DNA from: Limisphaerales bacterium
Lineage (GTDB): Bacteria; Verrucomicrobiota; Verrucomicrobiia; Limisphaerales; Palsa-1400
Reading direction: 5' to 3'
Assembly: GCA_052325505.1 (NCBI GenBank)
Contig: JBKQUS010000133.1
Location: forward strand, 1,807 to 65,806
DNA: 64,000 nt
Below, in pieces: positions 1-9,367 of the stretch. The notes below the pieces were generated by a model, which saw only the letters and a program-made list of their open reading frames with translations, did not search any database and was not told the DNA's origin. Each line of letters begins with the position of its first letter. The stretch's first letter is position 1. A program made the position numbers and the translations under genes.

Positions 1-1149
1 CAGGTGCAATTCCGGCAAGAGCCAGCCGATTCGCCGGCGCATGCGCCAGAGCGTTTGTGTGCTGTCGGGCTTCCGGCCGAACAGCCGGAGGTCGAGCGCG
101 TAAGCCTGCGGATTGTCGCCTTGAATCAAGCTCAACAAAGTGGTCTTGCCGGAGCCGTTCGGACCGAGCAATGCCCAACGCTCGCCCCGGCGCATCGTCC
201 AAGTCACATCGTCGAGGATGCGCTGGTTTCCGAGCCGGACGGTGGCATGGTTCAATTCAACCAGCGCAATGCGGCTGGTTGTTATGGACCTGGAGACGTC
301 TCGTCGGGGCATCGGCAGCGGCGCCACTGATGAAAATCCCCTGGCTCCCAATTCCCGGGCCAGCGGATGGTTCAACACGGCGCGCCTGGTTCCCTGGGCG
401 ATGATCCGGCGGTTGCGAACGAGGAGCAAATGGGTGGTTTGCGGTGGAAGCTCATCGGGACGATTGGTGATGAGCAGCACGGGCAGCCCGGAGCGCATCA
501 ATCGGCGAATGACCGTTTTCAGGCGCGCACGTGTGGCCTGATCGAGGCCGCCGAACGGGTCGTCCAGGATCAAAAGGCGCGGCGACCGCAGCAAAGTATG
601 GACGAGGAGGACGCGACGTTGTTCGCCACTGGACAGAACGGCGAGTTTGCGTCGAAAAAGGGGTTCAATGTAGAGCCAGCGGCTGAAACGGCGGCGGTTT
701 TCGCGAAAGAGGCGCGGGTCGCCTTTGGGCGCGTCCAACTGGAACGGGTTGATGTCCTCGACGCCGGCCCGGGAAAGGAACTCAGCCACGGTGCGGCGGC
801 CTTCGCTGACGCCACTGTGCCAGCGCGATTGGTAGAACGAGCTTTCGCCGGTGGCAAGTTCGCGTTGCAGATGCGGCGAGATCAAAGCGATGGATTGTTC
901 CGGAACCGCGCCAGGCTGCTGCGGTTGAGCGTCGAAATAGCAGTGAATTTCTCCGCGCGGCAAAGGGGCTTTTCCGAACAGGGCGAGCGCGAACAGCGAT
1001 TTGCCGGAATTGTTGGGACCGAGGACGGCCCACTGCTCACCGCGCCGCCATGTCCAGCGGATGCGCGCGAACGCAGTCCGTCCGTTCCAGCGAATCGTAA
1101 TGTCGTCGAGGACGAGCAGGCTGCTTTTTGCCGCGCAGGTTTCAGCCAT
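1..1149 (-). CDS. ABC transporter ATP-binding protein with two ABC cassettes (ModF-like); 3' end runs off the window
   Basis: Absent from the ORF track because no stop lies inside the window. Hand translation of the minus strand from ATG at 1149 gives MAETCAAKSSLLVLDDITIRWNGR. It shows Walker A GPNNSGKS, signature LSSGEQRR, Walker B LLILDDPFGGLD, then a second Walker A GPNGSGKTT. The frame stays open to position 1. Confidence 0.8.
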   Translation of the reverse strand, partial: MAETCAAKSSLLVLDDITIRWNGRTAFARIRWTWRRGEQWAVLGPNNSGKSLFALALFGKAPLPRGEIHCYFDAQPQQPGAVPEQSIALISPHLQRELATGESSFYQSRWHSGVSEGRRTVAEFLSRAGVEDINPFQLDAPKGDPRLFRENRRRFSRWLYIEPLFRRKLAVLSSGEQRRVLLVHTLLRSPRLLILDDPFGGLDQATRARLKTVIRRLMRSGLPVLLITNRPDELPPQTTHLLLVRNRRIIAQGTRRAVLNHPLARELGARGFSSVAPLPMPRRDVSRSITTSRIALVELNHATVRLGNQRILDDVTWTMRRGERWALLGPNGSGKTTLLSLIQGDNPQAYALDLRLFGRKPDSTQTLWRMRRRIGWLLPELHL

Positions 1150-1313
1150 AACCGCCGGCCACCAAATCTATGCGCACGAAGCGCGGCATGGTTGAATGCT
1201 GCCCGGCGTTACTCCGCCGGTCAAGTTCTTGTCACCTAGATGAATAATACGTCGTTGCGCCCTTTGGCCGGACTTGCTAATCAGCAGCCAATCACAACCC
1301 AAGTTCGCAGGAT

Positions 1314-3416
1314 ATGATTGGCCAAAAGTCTCCACAAAAAGGGAAGGCCCTCGCTCCCCGCCATGAGCAACCCTGGCGCGTGGCGGTGCTCTGCTTTGTG
1401 CTGGCCGCGATCACCTTTGCTGTTTTCGGCCAGACGGCGCAACACGAGTTCGTCAACTGCGACGACCCGGATTATGTGTATGGCAACCCGATCGTCGCCC
1501 AAGGTCTGACGCTCAAAGGAATGATCTGGGCGTTCACGGTCTTTCACGCCGACAACTGGCACCCGCTCACCTGGCTTTCCCATATGCTGGACTGCCAATT
1601 ATACGGGCTGCATCCCGGCGGACATCATACCACCAACGTCCTGATTCACACCGTGACCGTGATCCTGCTCTTTCTGGTTCTGCGCCAGATGACGGGCGCC
1701 CTTTGGCGCAGCGCCTTTGTCGCGGCAGTTTTCGCCATCCATCCGTTGCGGGTTGAATCCGTCGCCTGGGTGGCCGAGCGCAAAGACGTGCTCAGCGGAT
1801 TGTTCTTCATGCTGACCCTCGCGGCTTATGTCCGTTATGCGCGCCGTCCCTGGTCGCTTGCCCGATACGGGCTTGTGATGCTTCCGTTTGCGATGGGGCT
1901 GATGTGCAAGCCGATGCTGGTGACGCTGCCCGTGGTGCTGTTGTTGTTGGATTACTGGCCATTGCAACGGGCGGGACGCACAAAGCTTTCGGTGTTGGCG
2001 CTGGAAAAGCTGCCCTTGCTGGCACTTTCCGCCGCCAGTTGTGTCATCACCTTTTTGGCGCAGACCGGAGCGATTCTATCGACCGAAAAACTTCCTTTGC
2101 CGCTCCGATTTGGCAACGCGTTGGTGACCAGCATGGGCTATCTTGGGCAGATGGTCTGGCCGGCGGGGTTGGCCTTGCTCTATCCCTATCCGCAAAAAGG
2201 CCAGCCGGGGTGGGAAGTGGCGCTGGCCGGAACCCTGTTGGCCGGGCTTTCAGTGGTGGTGTGGAGAGAGCGGCGGACGCAGCCGTGGCTGCTGACGGGA
2301 TGGGTTTGGTATTTAGTGATGCTGTTGCCAGTGGCGGGAATCATCCAGGTGGGCGTGCAGGCCCACGCGGATCGCTACACCTACCTGCCGCAGATTGGGA
2401 TCTATTTGGCGGTGGCGTGGCTGGTGGCGGAATGGGGGGTGAAGTGGCTGCAGCGCGGGCCGTTACGCGTGGCATCGGGGAGCCTGATGACGGGCATCAT
2501 CGCAGTGTTAATGGTCTGCGCTTGGAAACAGACCGCCTCCTGGGAAAACGACGAAGCCTTGTGGTCCCGCTCGCTTGCCTGCACGACGGACAACGCCGCC
2601 GCCCACCTCAACTTAGGAACCGCCCTTCTGGCCGGGGGCAGAGTGGATGACGCCATCACCCAATACCAACAGGCCCTGCACATCAATCCAGACTACGCGG
2701 ATGCACATTTCAACCTCGGCAATGCCCTGCGCAAGAACGGAAGAGTGGAGGACGCTATTGCCCAATACCAACAAACCCTGCACATCAATCCGAACTACGC
2801 CGAAGCCCGCCTCAATCTCGGAGTCGCTTTTCTGGCCGGGGGCAGAGTGGATGACGCGATCACCCAATACGAGGCGGCCCTGCACATCAATCCGAACTAT
2901 GCCGAAGCCCGCGTCAACCTCGGCAACGCTCTTGCGCAAAAAGGAAAACTCGACGACGCGGTCACCCAATACCAACTGGCCCTGCAAATCAGACCCGACG
3001 ACGAGGTGGCCCACGTCAGCCTCGGCATTGTTCTTGCGCGAGCGGGGAGGGCGGGCGAAGCGATCAGCCATTTGCAGAAGGCGCTGCAACTCAAACCTGC
3101 CGATCCAGAGATCCAAAATAATCTGGCCTGGCTCCTGGCCACCTGTCCAGAGGCGCCGCTACGCGATGGCAACAAGGCGGTGGAACTGGCCCGGCAGGCC
3201 AACGCGCTGACCGGCGGGGGAAATCCGGTCGTTCTCCACACCCTCGCCGCCGCCCTGGCCGAAGCCGGGCGGTTTTCCGAGGCGCTGGAAACGGCGCAAC
3301 GCGCCCTGGCCCTGGCCGCAGCGCAATCCAATACCAGGCTGGCCGGGCAACTGCAAATTGAGATGAAACTCTATCAAACAGGCAGCGCGTTCCATTTGCC
3401 CGAACCGACACATTAG
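1314..3416 (+). CDS. TMTC/PMT_2-like polytopic membrane glycosyltransferase with C-terminal TPR repeats
   Basis: 700 aa ORF. The N-terminal half is multi-TM and has the HPLRVESVAWVAERKDVL motif typical of TMTC-like (DUF1736) proteins. The C-terminal half has about 7 tandem 34-aa TPR units (AIxQYQQALHINPxYAEA). Confidence 0.75.
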   Translation: MIGQKSPQKGKALAPRHEQPWRVAVLCFVLAAITFAVFGQTAQHEFVNCDDPDYVYGNPIVAQGLTLKGMIWAFTVFHADNWHPLTWLSHMLDCQLYGLHPGGHHTTNVLIHTVTVILLFLVLRQMTGALWRSAFVAAVFAIHPLRVESVAWVAERKDVLSGLFFMLTLAAYVRYARRPWSLARYGLVMLPFAMGLMCKPMLVTLPVVLLLLDYWPLQRAGRTKLSVLALEKLPLLALSAASCVITFLAQTGAILSTEKLPLPLRFGNALVTSMGYLGQMVWPAGLALLYPYPQKGQPGWEVALAGTLLAGLSVVVWRERRTQPWLLTGWVWYLVMLLPVAGIIQVGVQAHADRYTYLPQIGIYLAVAWLVAEWGVKWLQRGPLRVASGSLMTGIIAVLMVCAWKQTASWENDEALWSRSLACTTDNAAAHLNLGTALLAGGRVDDAITQYQQALHINPDYADAHFNLGNALRKNGRVEDAIAQYQQTLHINPNYAEARLNLGVAFLAGGRVDDAITQYEAALHINPNYAEARVNLGNALAQKGKLDDAVTQYQLALQIRPDDEVAHVSLGIVLARAGRAGEAISHLQKALQLKPADPEIQNNLAWLLATCPEAPLRDGNKAVELARQANALTGGGNPVVLHTLAAALAEAGRFSEALETAQRALALAAAQSNTRLAGQLQIEMKLYQTGSAFHLPEPTH

Positions 3417-3499
3417 ATTTCTTGTCGTTTTCTCTCCTTGCATTTCCCGGCCCAGTGGCGTTATTCTGGCGCAAGACACCGGTCTGAATTGTAGCTGAT

Positions 3500-5605
3500 A
3501 TGTATTTCGGAGCTGATTATCACCCGGAGCATTGGGTCTATCCTTATGCCGGCACCGCCGAGGAACCCGAGGCGCGTTGGAAACAGGACATTGAACTGAT
3601 GGTGGCCGCCGGCATGAACGCGGTGCGGATGGGCGAATTCGTCTGGGGCCTGTGCGAGCCGCGCGAGGGCGAATATGATTTCAAATGGCTGGAGCGGGTC
3701 ATGGATTTGATGGGGGAGGAGGGGATCAAGGTTTTTCTCGGAACGCCCACGGCGGCGCCGCCCATCTGGCTGACCAAGAACCATCCGGAAATCCTGCCCG
3801 TGGATGAACGCGGCTTGCCACTCTCCTCCGGCACGCGCCACGCCTGTTGTTTGAACAGCGATCTGTATTGGGAATATTCCAAGCGGATCATCCGGGCCAT
3901 GGCCGAGGCGCTGGGCAAGCATCCCCAATTGATCGGATGGCAAATCGACAACAACGTCGGCGCCCATTCGATGCTGCCTTGTTTCAACGAGGAGACGAAG
4001 CGGGACTGGCATGCCTGGCTGAAGGCCAAATACGGAACAGTGGACCATCTCAATAACATGATGGGAACCCGCTTCTGGGGCCAAGTGGTCAACGAGTGGG
4101 AGCATGTGCCGATGCCCAAAACCGCGCCCGCGCCGCACAACCCGGCCTTGATGCTGGATTGGCGCCGCTTCAGCAGTGACACCATCGTGGCCTTCGTCCG
4201 CATGCAGGCGGATTTGCTGCGGGAACTGACCCCCCATGCGCCGGTCACGACCAATCTGCGCGTCTTTGGTCAGAACCTGGATTTGTTTGACATGGGCGAC
4301 ACGCTGGATTTTGTGTCGCTCAACAGCAACGCCACCATTAAATCCAAATCGTCCGAAAACGCCTGCGAACTGGACATGCTGCGGTCGCTGAAAAAGGCCG
4401 GAGCCAAACTGCCGGGAGGCGAGGAGGGCTTCTGGGTCATCGAGCAGAAAGCCGGGCATGTGAACTGGCAGGATGTCAATTCGCTGGTGCGGCCGGGGGT
4501 GGTGCGGCTGTTCACTTACCAGACCATTTCCCGGGGCGCCAACGGTGTGCTCTACTTTTTCTGGCGGCAACCACGCATTGGGCCGGAGAAATTCTACGGC
4601 GGCATCCTGACGCACGACGGCCGCGGCGAAAACCGGGTTTACAAGGAGATCAGCCAGATCGGCCAGGAACTCAAGCGCCTCGCGCCTGCTTTAAAGGGAA
4701 CCACGGTCAAGGCCGAGGTCTGCATTCTCTACAGTCATGAGAACGACTGGACCCTCTCCCTGCCCCGGCAGCCGACCAAGTATTTCAATTTGCGCGAGCA
4801 CGTCCAACTTTTTCATTCCGCGTTCCATGACCGCAACATCGCGGTCGATTTTGCCCGGCCGACTGAGGACCTCTCCAAATACAAACTGGTCGTGGCGCCG
4901 TCCCTGAGCCTGCTGGCTGGCGGGGAGGCGGACGCCTTGAAGCTTTACGTGCATAACGGAGGCACACTCGTCGCCACCTGCAACACGGGACTTGTCGATG
5001 AGCATCACATGGCGGCGAGCAGCGGCATTCCGCACGATTTGACCGATGTCTTTGGCCTGGAAGTGTCGGAATTCGACCCCCTGCCCTGCGAGGAGGAGAA
5101 CCATCTGGCGTTCAAAGGCAATTTTCACACCAGCCAGATGCATACCGCGCGGATTTGGTGCGACGTAATCGAGCCTAAAGGCTGCCAGGCGCTGGCTTCC
5201 TTCACACGGGACTTTTATGCCGGGCGCCCCGCCATGACAGTGAACAATTTTGGCGCGGGCAAGGCCGTTTATATTGGCACGCTCTCGCAGCAGGCTTTTT
5301 ATTACGACCTCGTAGCCTGGCTGCGCACCATCTGCCTCCTGCACCCGTTGCTCAAAGTGCCCGATACCATTGAAGTCAGCCTGCGGCAAAAGGACGGCGC
5401 CAAAATCTACTTTCTCCTCAACCACCAGAACACGCCGGTACGCATCAGCTTTTTCAAGCCCATGCATGACTTCCTGACCGAGCGCACCTTCAGCGGCAAT
5501 TATGATCTGCCCCCTCATGGCGTGCTGGTGCTCGACGAACAACTCGCGGACATGTCCGCCGCCGCAAAAGCGCCGGAACCGGACGTTGTTACCGAGAAGA
5601 AATAG
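3500..5605 (+). CDS. GH42-family beta-galactosidase-like protein (acid/base Glu position reads Asn)
   Basis: 701 aa. It opens with the GH42-type MYFGADYHPEHW, followed by W..D..LM..GMNAVRMGEFVW..EPREGEYDF. The nucleophile motif FWVIEQKAGHVNW is present, but the clan GH-A NE motif reads WQIDNNVG. Confidence 0.85.
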   Translation: MYFGADYHPEHWVYPYAGTAEEPEARWKQDIELMVAAGMNAVRMGEFVWGLCEPREGEYDFKWLERVMDLMGEEGIKVFLGTPTAAPPIWLTKNHPEILPVDERGLPLSSGTRHACCLNSDLYWEYSKRIIRAMAEALGKHPQLIGWQIDNNVGAHSMLPCFNEETKRDWHAWLKAKYGTVDHLNNMMGTRFWGQVVNEWEHVPMPKTAPAPHNPALMLDWRRFSSDTIVAFVRMQADLLRELTPHAPVTTNLRVFGQNLDLFDMGDTLDFVSLNSNATIKSKSSENACELDMLRSLKKAGAKLPGGEEGFWVIEQKAGHVNWQDVNSLVRPGVVRLFTYQTISRGANGVLYFFWRQPRIGPEKFYGGILTHDGRGENRVYKEISQIGQELKRLAPALKGTTVKAEVCILYSHENDWTLSLPRQPTKYFNLREHVQLFHSAFHDRNIAVDFARPTEDLSKYKLVVAPSLSLLAGGEADALKLYVHNGGTLVATCNTGLVDEHHMAASSGIPHDLTDVFGLEVSEFDPLPCEEENHLAFKGNFHTSQMHTARIWCDVIEPKGCQALASFTRDFYAGRPAMTVNNFGAGKAVYIGTLSQQAFYYDLVAWLRTICLLHPLLKVPDTIEVSLRQKDGAKIYFLLNHQNTPVRISFFKPMHDFLTERTFSGNYDLPPHGVLVLDEQLADMSAAAKAPEPDVVTEKK

Positions 5606-5640
5606 GGCCTGCTTCTTCGAGTGAAAAGAAGAAGCAGGGC
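5606..5640 (+). terminator. Stem-loop directly after the GH42 stop; no U-tract
   Basis: cctgcttcttc / gaagaagcagg forms an 11-bp stem with a 9-nt loop, starting 1 nt after the stop codon. There is no downstream T run, so intrinsic-terminator status is uncertain. Confidence 0.35.
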
Positions 5641-5817
5641 TGGCTTGCGCCGGCCCCGCTTGCGGGATAGCTATGGTTTATTTCAACTTCGCGCCGTTAT
5701 GGGCTGGTAAATCAATGCCCGGCCATTAACTCAGAGTCGCATGGCAGGCCAACGACTGTTCGGTGACAATTAGGTGACGATTTATCCTCTGTTTTATGCC
5801 GCCAGCTCTCGCGTCTG

Positions 5818-5849
5818 AAAAAAGCAGGGCAGGCTTTCGCCTGCCCCGC
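5818..5849 (-). terminator. Rho-independent terminator for the 5881..9024 gene
   Basis: The minus strand reads gcggggcaggc-gaaa-gcctgccctgc followed by tttttt. It lies about 30 nt downstream of the stop at 5881. Confidence 0.6.
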
Positions 5850-5880
5850 TCGCGAGATTCCTTCTCTTACAAAGGCATCA

Positions 5881-8800
5881 TCAAGGAGCCATCAGCCGGA
5901 AGTACTGTTGTGTTCCGCTGGCCGGCATGGTGACGATGTTCATCCCTTGGTAAGTTGTCTCGGCCACGGGCGGCGAGATCGTCACGTTCTGCCAGCCGGA
6001 CGCACTGGCGGAGGAGTTATACTGGAGCGAGTAGGAGGTGAACATTTGGGGCCACGTGATGGCCACCGAGTTGACCCCCGAGATGTTGGTTTCGGAAATC
6101 GACAAGCTCGGCCCGCCCGAGGAGAAGACCAGGTTGTCAATGCCGATGCCCTGCGCCCCGCTCAACGCGGTCGTTTCTTCCCAGACAATCCACAAAATGC
6201 CGCCCTCCGGCCAACTGGTGCCGAGCGGCACATTGACGAATGACATATTGGTTGTCGCGATGGGTGCGTTGGTGCCATAGATCTTGCTTAGTGAATGCGT
6301 TACCCCTCCAAGGTTCGTCGAAAACTGCAGGTTGGTGAGGCCGCCCGTCCAGTTATTGGTGGGCGTCGTATTGGTGCCGAATGGATCGACGTAGAACCAG
6401 TTCGTCATAATATTGCTGTTCAATGTGTTGCGCCACAGCTCGCTGACATAGCTCAGATTGAGGTTGGTCAGGGTGTGCCCGCTCAGGTTACGGATGCGCA
6501 GGGCAAAAATGCCGTCGGCGGGGTCGCCGGAATTGCCGCCGGCTGAAGTGGCCGGCGAGGAGAGCATTCCCAGCGCGCGGTTATTCGTCGGGTAGAGCGG
6601 GTTGACCGTGTTTATCGCATTGGTGCAACCGAAGCTGACAATCAGCCCGGTGGTGTTGTCGCCCGAGGTGGCCTGGATTTGCTGGTTGCCGAGGTCGGAC
6701 GAATACCAGCCAACCATGGTGGGTAGATTAAGACCGCCAAAACCCAGGTCTCCAGAGACGGAGAGGGGAGCGGCAAAGTCAAACGGGTTGCTGACATTGT
6801 AATTTGTGCCGCCAATGGTGGCCGTGGTGGGCGTTGGGAAGGTGATGGTGCTGTTGTTCACGGAGACGGTTCCGGGGTCCGGCAGGGTGTCAAAATTCTG
6901 CGTATAGACCGAGCCTACCGAGGTATAAGGCAACGCGGAGTAGGGCGCCGGCGTCTCGACCGTCAGCGTTGCAACCGTACTGGTGACGGATCCGCCGTTG
7001 TACGATACGACCACGTAGTAGCTGGTTCCATCGGACTCTTGCACGTTGTCGTCCGTCAAGGTCGAGGTCTGGGAACCGGACCATTGGGCGCCAGACACCG
7101 GCGTCCCGCTGGGCGGAACACCCGCATACCATTGATACGTCGCGTCCAGAGGGTAGGCCGAGACAGTGAACTGGGCCACGCCGTTGCTGGCCGCCACCTC
7201 GTCCAAAGGCTCCACGAAAATGACCGGAAGCGGCGTAACAACGCTGACAACGGCAACAAGATTGGACGATGGCAAACCGACGCCATTATTGATCACCACA
7301 TAATAGCTCCCCGAGTCCGAAGTGGATGAGGCATTGATAATAAGCGTTCCGGTGGCCGTGCCGGTGAAGTCGCCGCTGTCGCTCAGTTGGGTCGAGGAAC
7401 CCGGGCTGGTGCTTTGATACCATTGGTAGTTCAGTGGCGTCGTGCCAGAGGCGGTGACGGGAATGGTGATGGTGTCATACACGGCATTGGTCACCCGGAG
7501 CGCCGGAACGGGCGAGGTGATGCTGGGAGAGGTCGCGCTCGAGGTGACGGTCAGATTGGCCACAAGGCTGGTCACGGCGCCATAGGTGTTGGAGACAATC
7601 ACCTGATAGGTGCTGCCGGAGTCACCAAGCGGTGGAGAAGACACGGGGTAGCTGGCGGTGGTCTGGCTGGCATCCAGCACGCCATTGACGAACCATTCAT
7701 AGGTGTTGGCGTGAATTGCCGTCGCGCCAACGGTGAAAGTCACCGGTGTGTGGGCGACGACGGATTGGCTGGCGGGATTGCTCGTGATCGCAGGCGCAAG
7801 ATTGGGCGTCCAAGCCAGACCGCGGAAAGCGATATTGCCCGACCAACCCGTGGCGAGGGTGACGAGGTCAGCGCTCACGTCATGCACTTGGCCGTCGGTG
7901 AAGTTGTAGTCGTCATTAATGCGCACCAGGCGGTTGGAGTTGGCATATCCGCCATTGCCTTCCGTGGTGGTGGCAAAGACCACAGGGTTGGCTCCGCTCC
8001 AATCCACCACCAACCCAAAGCAGCCGGTATAACTTCCCGGATAAACGGGCGTGCCCGTGCTGGTGTTGTTCGTCATGGCGAAGGAACAGGCCAGGGTCCA
8101 ATTGCCATCGACTTCGATATATTTCTGAATGCCAAAGGTGTTGTCGGCCATGTAGGCGGTGTTTCTCTGCGGGTTCATGTCAAATCCTTCCACGTTCGGG
8201 TATTGCGCCGAAGCCGGAACCACCAGATTGAGGAAGAATGCGTCGCCTATCGGCAGCGTCACCGGGAACCCGCCACCCTCGGTCTGCAGATCATAAATGC
8301 CCTGCGGATACAAGCCCCCGCCATCCCCTTCCTGCAGGCTGGTGTAGAAAACCCCGTTGATGATTTTGACCTGGCGCGAGCTGTTTAGATTCTGCACCGT
8401 CACTGGCGGGTCGGATTCGGAGGGGTTGTACCATTCCGTGCCGTCCAGGCTGCCGGAACCCCAGAAATTGTCCACGCCGTCGTCCGAAACCACGCCTCTG
8501 GGATTGGTCTGGCTGCCGGCCCCAAGGCCATACCAATCACTGCCTTCGTAGGCAATGGAGCTGGCACCCGCCTGGTTAATCACGCAAATGCCGCGGGGGA
8601 TGTTTAGTTGCGACGGCGTCCCTGACTGCGCCAGGATGTCCCCGCCGTAACCGGTAAAGGTCAGGCTGCTGAGATCCTCGGACAGGGCCAGGTAGCCTTC
8701 CGTGCCCGCATGGCCGTTAAACCACATGGCTTCGTAAGGCCCGCTTTCCGGATCGTTGGTCGGTATCGCCACCGAAAAGAGAGGGCCTTCCGTGCCCGTG

Positions 8801-9024
8801 TCGGTGTTCGGAATCACAATGGGCGTGACCGGATCATACTGGTCAACGAACGCCGGCGCCTGATGCGCGCCGTTCAGGGACGAAGCCGCGCTGGTGCCGT
8901 TGTCGCCCGCGCGCAGCACGGCGAGCTTGTTGGGTGAGAATTGGGCGTGGGCTGTCGCCGCCACCAAGCCGGCCAGCCCCGCCATCAGGGCGAATTTCAG
9001 GGTTTTCATGGGTTGCATCATCAT
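5881..9024 (-). CDS. Large secreted protein with three Ig-like repeats and a C-terminal W...YFRL module
   Basis: 1047 aa with signal peptide MKTLKFALMAGLAGLVAATAHA. It has three roughly 90-aa repeats (YEWFVNG..., YQWYQS..., YQWYAG..., each ending LTV). The C-terminus ends ...SGWQNVTISPP...QQYFRLMAP. Confidence 0.7.
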   Translation of the reverse strand: MMMQPMKTLKFALMAGLAGLVAATAHAQFSPNKLAVLRAGDNGTSAASSLNGAHQAPAFVDQYDPVTPIVIPNTDTGTEGPLFSVAIPTNDPESGPYEAMWFNGHAGTEGYLALSEDLSSLTFTGYGGDILAQSGTPSQLNIPRGICVINQAGASSIAYEGSDWYGLGAGSQTNPRGVVSDDGVDNFWGSGSLDGTEWYNPSESDPPVTVQNLNSSRQVKIINGVFYTSLQEGDGGGLYPQGIYDLQTEGGGFPVTLPIGDAFFLNLVVPASAQYPNVEGFDMNPQRNTAYMADNTFGIQKYIEVDGNWTLACSFAMTNNTSTGTPVYPGSYTGCFGLVVDWSGANPVVFATTTEGNGGYANSNRLVRINDDYNFTDGQVHDVSADLVTLATGWSGNIAFRGLAWTPNLAPAITSNPASQSVVAHTPVTFTVGATAIHANTYEWFVNGVLDASQTTASYPVSSPPLGDSGSTYQVIVSNTYGAVTSLVANLTVTSSATSPSITSPVPALRVTNAVYDTITIPVTASGTTPLNYQWYQSTSPGSSTQLSDSGDFTGTATGTLIINASSTSDSGSYYVVINNGVGLPSSNLVAVVSVVTPLPVIFVEPLDEVAASNGVAQFTVSAYPLDATYQWYAGVPPSGTPVSGAQWSGSQTSTLTDDNVQESDGTSYYVVVSYNGGSVTSTVATLTVETPAPYSALPYTSVGSVYTQNFDTLPDPGTVSVNNSTITFPTPTTATIGGTNYNVSNPFDFAAPLSVSGDLGFGGLNLPTMVGWYSSDLGNQQIQATSGDNTTGLIVSFGCTNAINTVNPLYPTNNRALGMLSSPATSAGGNSGDPADGIFALRIRNLSGHTLTNLNLSYVSELWRNTLNSNIMTNWFYVDPFGTNTTPTNNWTGGLTNLQFSTNLGGVTHSLSKIYGTNAPIATTNMSFVNVPLGTSWPEGGILWIVWEETTALSGAQGIGIDNLVFSSGGPSLSISETNISGVNSVAITWPQMFTSYSLQYNSSASASGWQNVTISPPVAETTYQGMNIVTMPASGTQQYFRLMAP

Positions 9025-9141
9025 AAATACAAACAGTTTTAGCGTGATCAGTGTTGTTACTACTTTTGTTTCTTTTTGTTAATTCCAGCCGCAAGCCGGC
9101 CGGAAAGGCGCAACGAACGCGACGAAGTAAAACAGAAGCGC

Positions 9142-9238
9142 GTGACAAGCCAACGACTGTGGCGTGACATTCTTGTGACAACTTGCCGACCGTTTTATTT
9201 GTCACAAGTTTGTCACATATTCTTCATAAGTTTGTAAC
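9142..9238. promoter_or_regulatory. Dyad-symmetric operator-like array: three GTGACA half-sites mirrored by TGTCAC, TGTCAC and TGTAAC
   Basis: GTGACA occurs at 9142, 9164 and 9175. TGTCAC occurs at 9200 and 9211, and TGTAAC at 9233. Spacings are 22 and 11 on one side and 11 and 22 on the other, and all three pairs are centred on about 9190. The inner pair is a perfect 10-bp inverted repeat, CTTGTGACAA-N17-TTGTCACAAG (9172..9208). The array sits midway between the divergent starts at 9024 and 9368. Confidence 0.45.
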
Positions 9239-9367
9239 ATGAGTGTGGCAGCATCACGCGTCGTTTTGAAATTTCCGCGTTGCAGGAAGTTGAGGGTGGT
9301 AATAATTATACTTGACATTTAAGGTCCGCGCCGCGGGAAACCGGGCGGACTGGCATTTTTATTGGAC

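Noticed and set aside
367-1239. 290-aa plus-strand ORF
   Set aside because: It is the antisense shadow of the ModF-like ABC ATPase. The minus strand carries unmistakable Walker A, signature and Walker B motifs, while the plus-strand product is low-complexity with no motifs.
3461-5542. Long minus-strand ORFs 3461..4615 and 4691..5542
   Set aside because: They are antisense to the well-supported GH42 gene. The translations are R/G/H-rich, as is typical of off-frame reading in GC-rich DNA.
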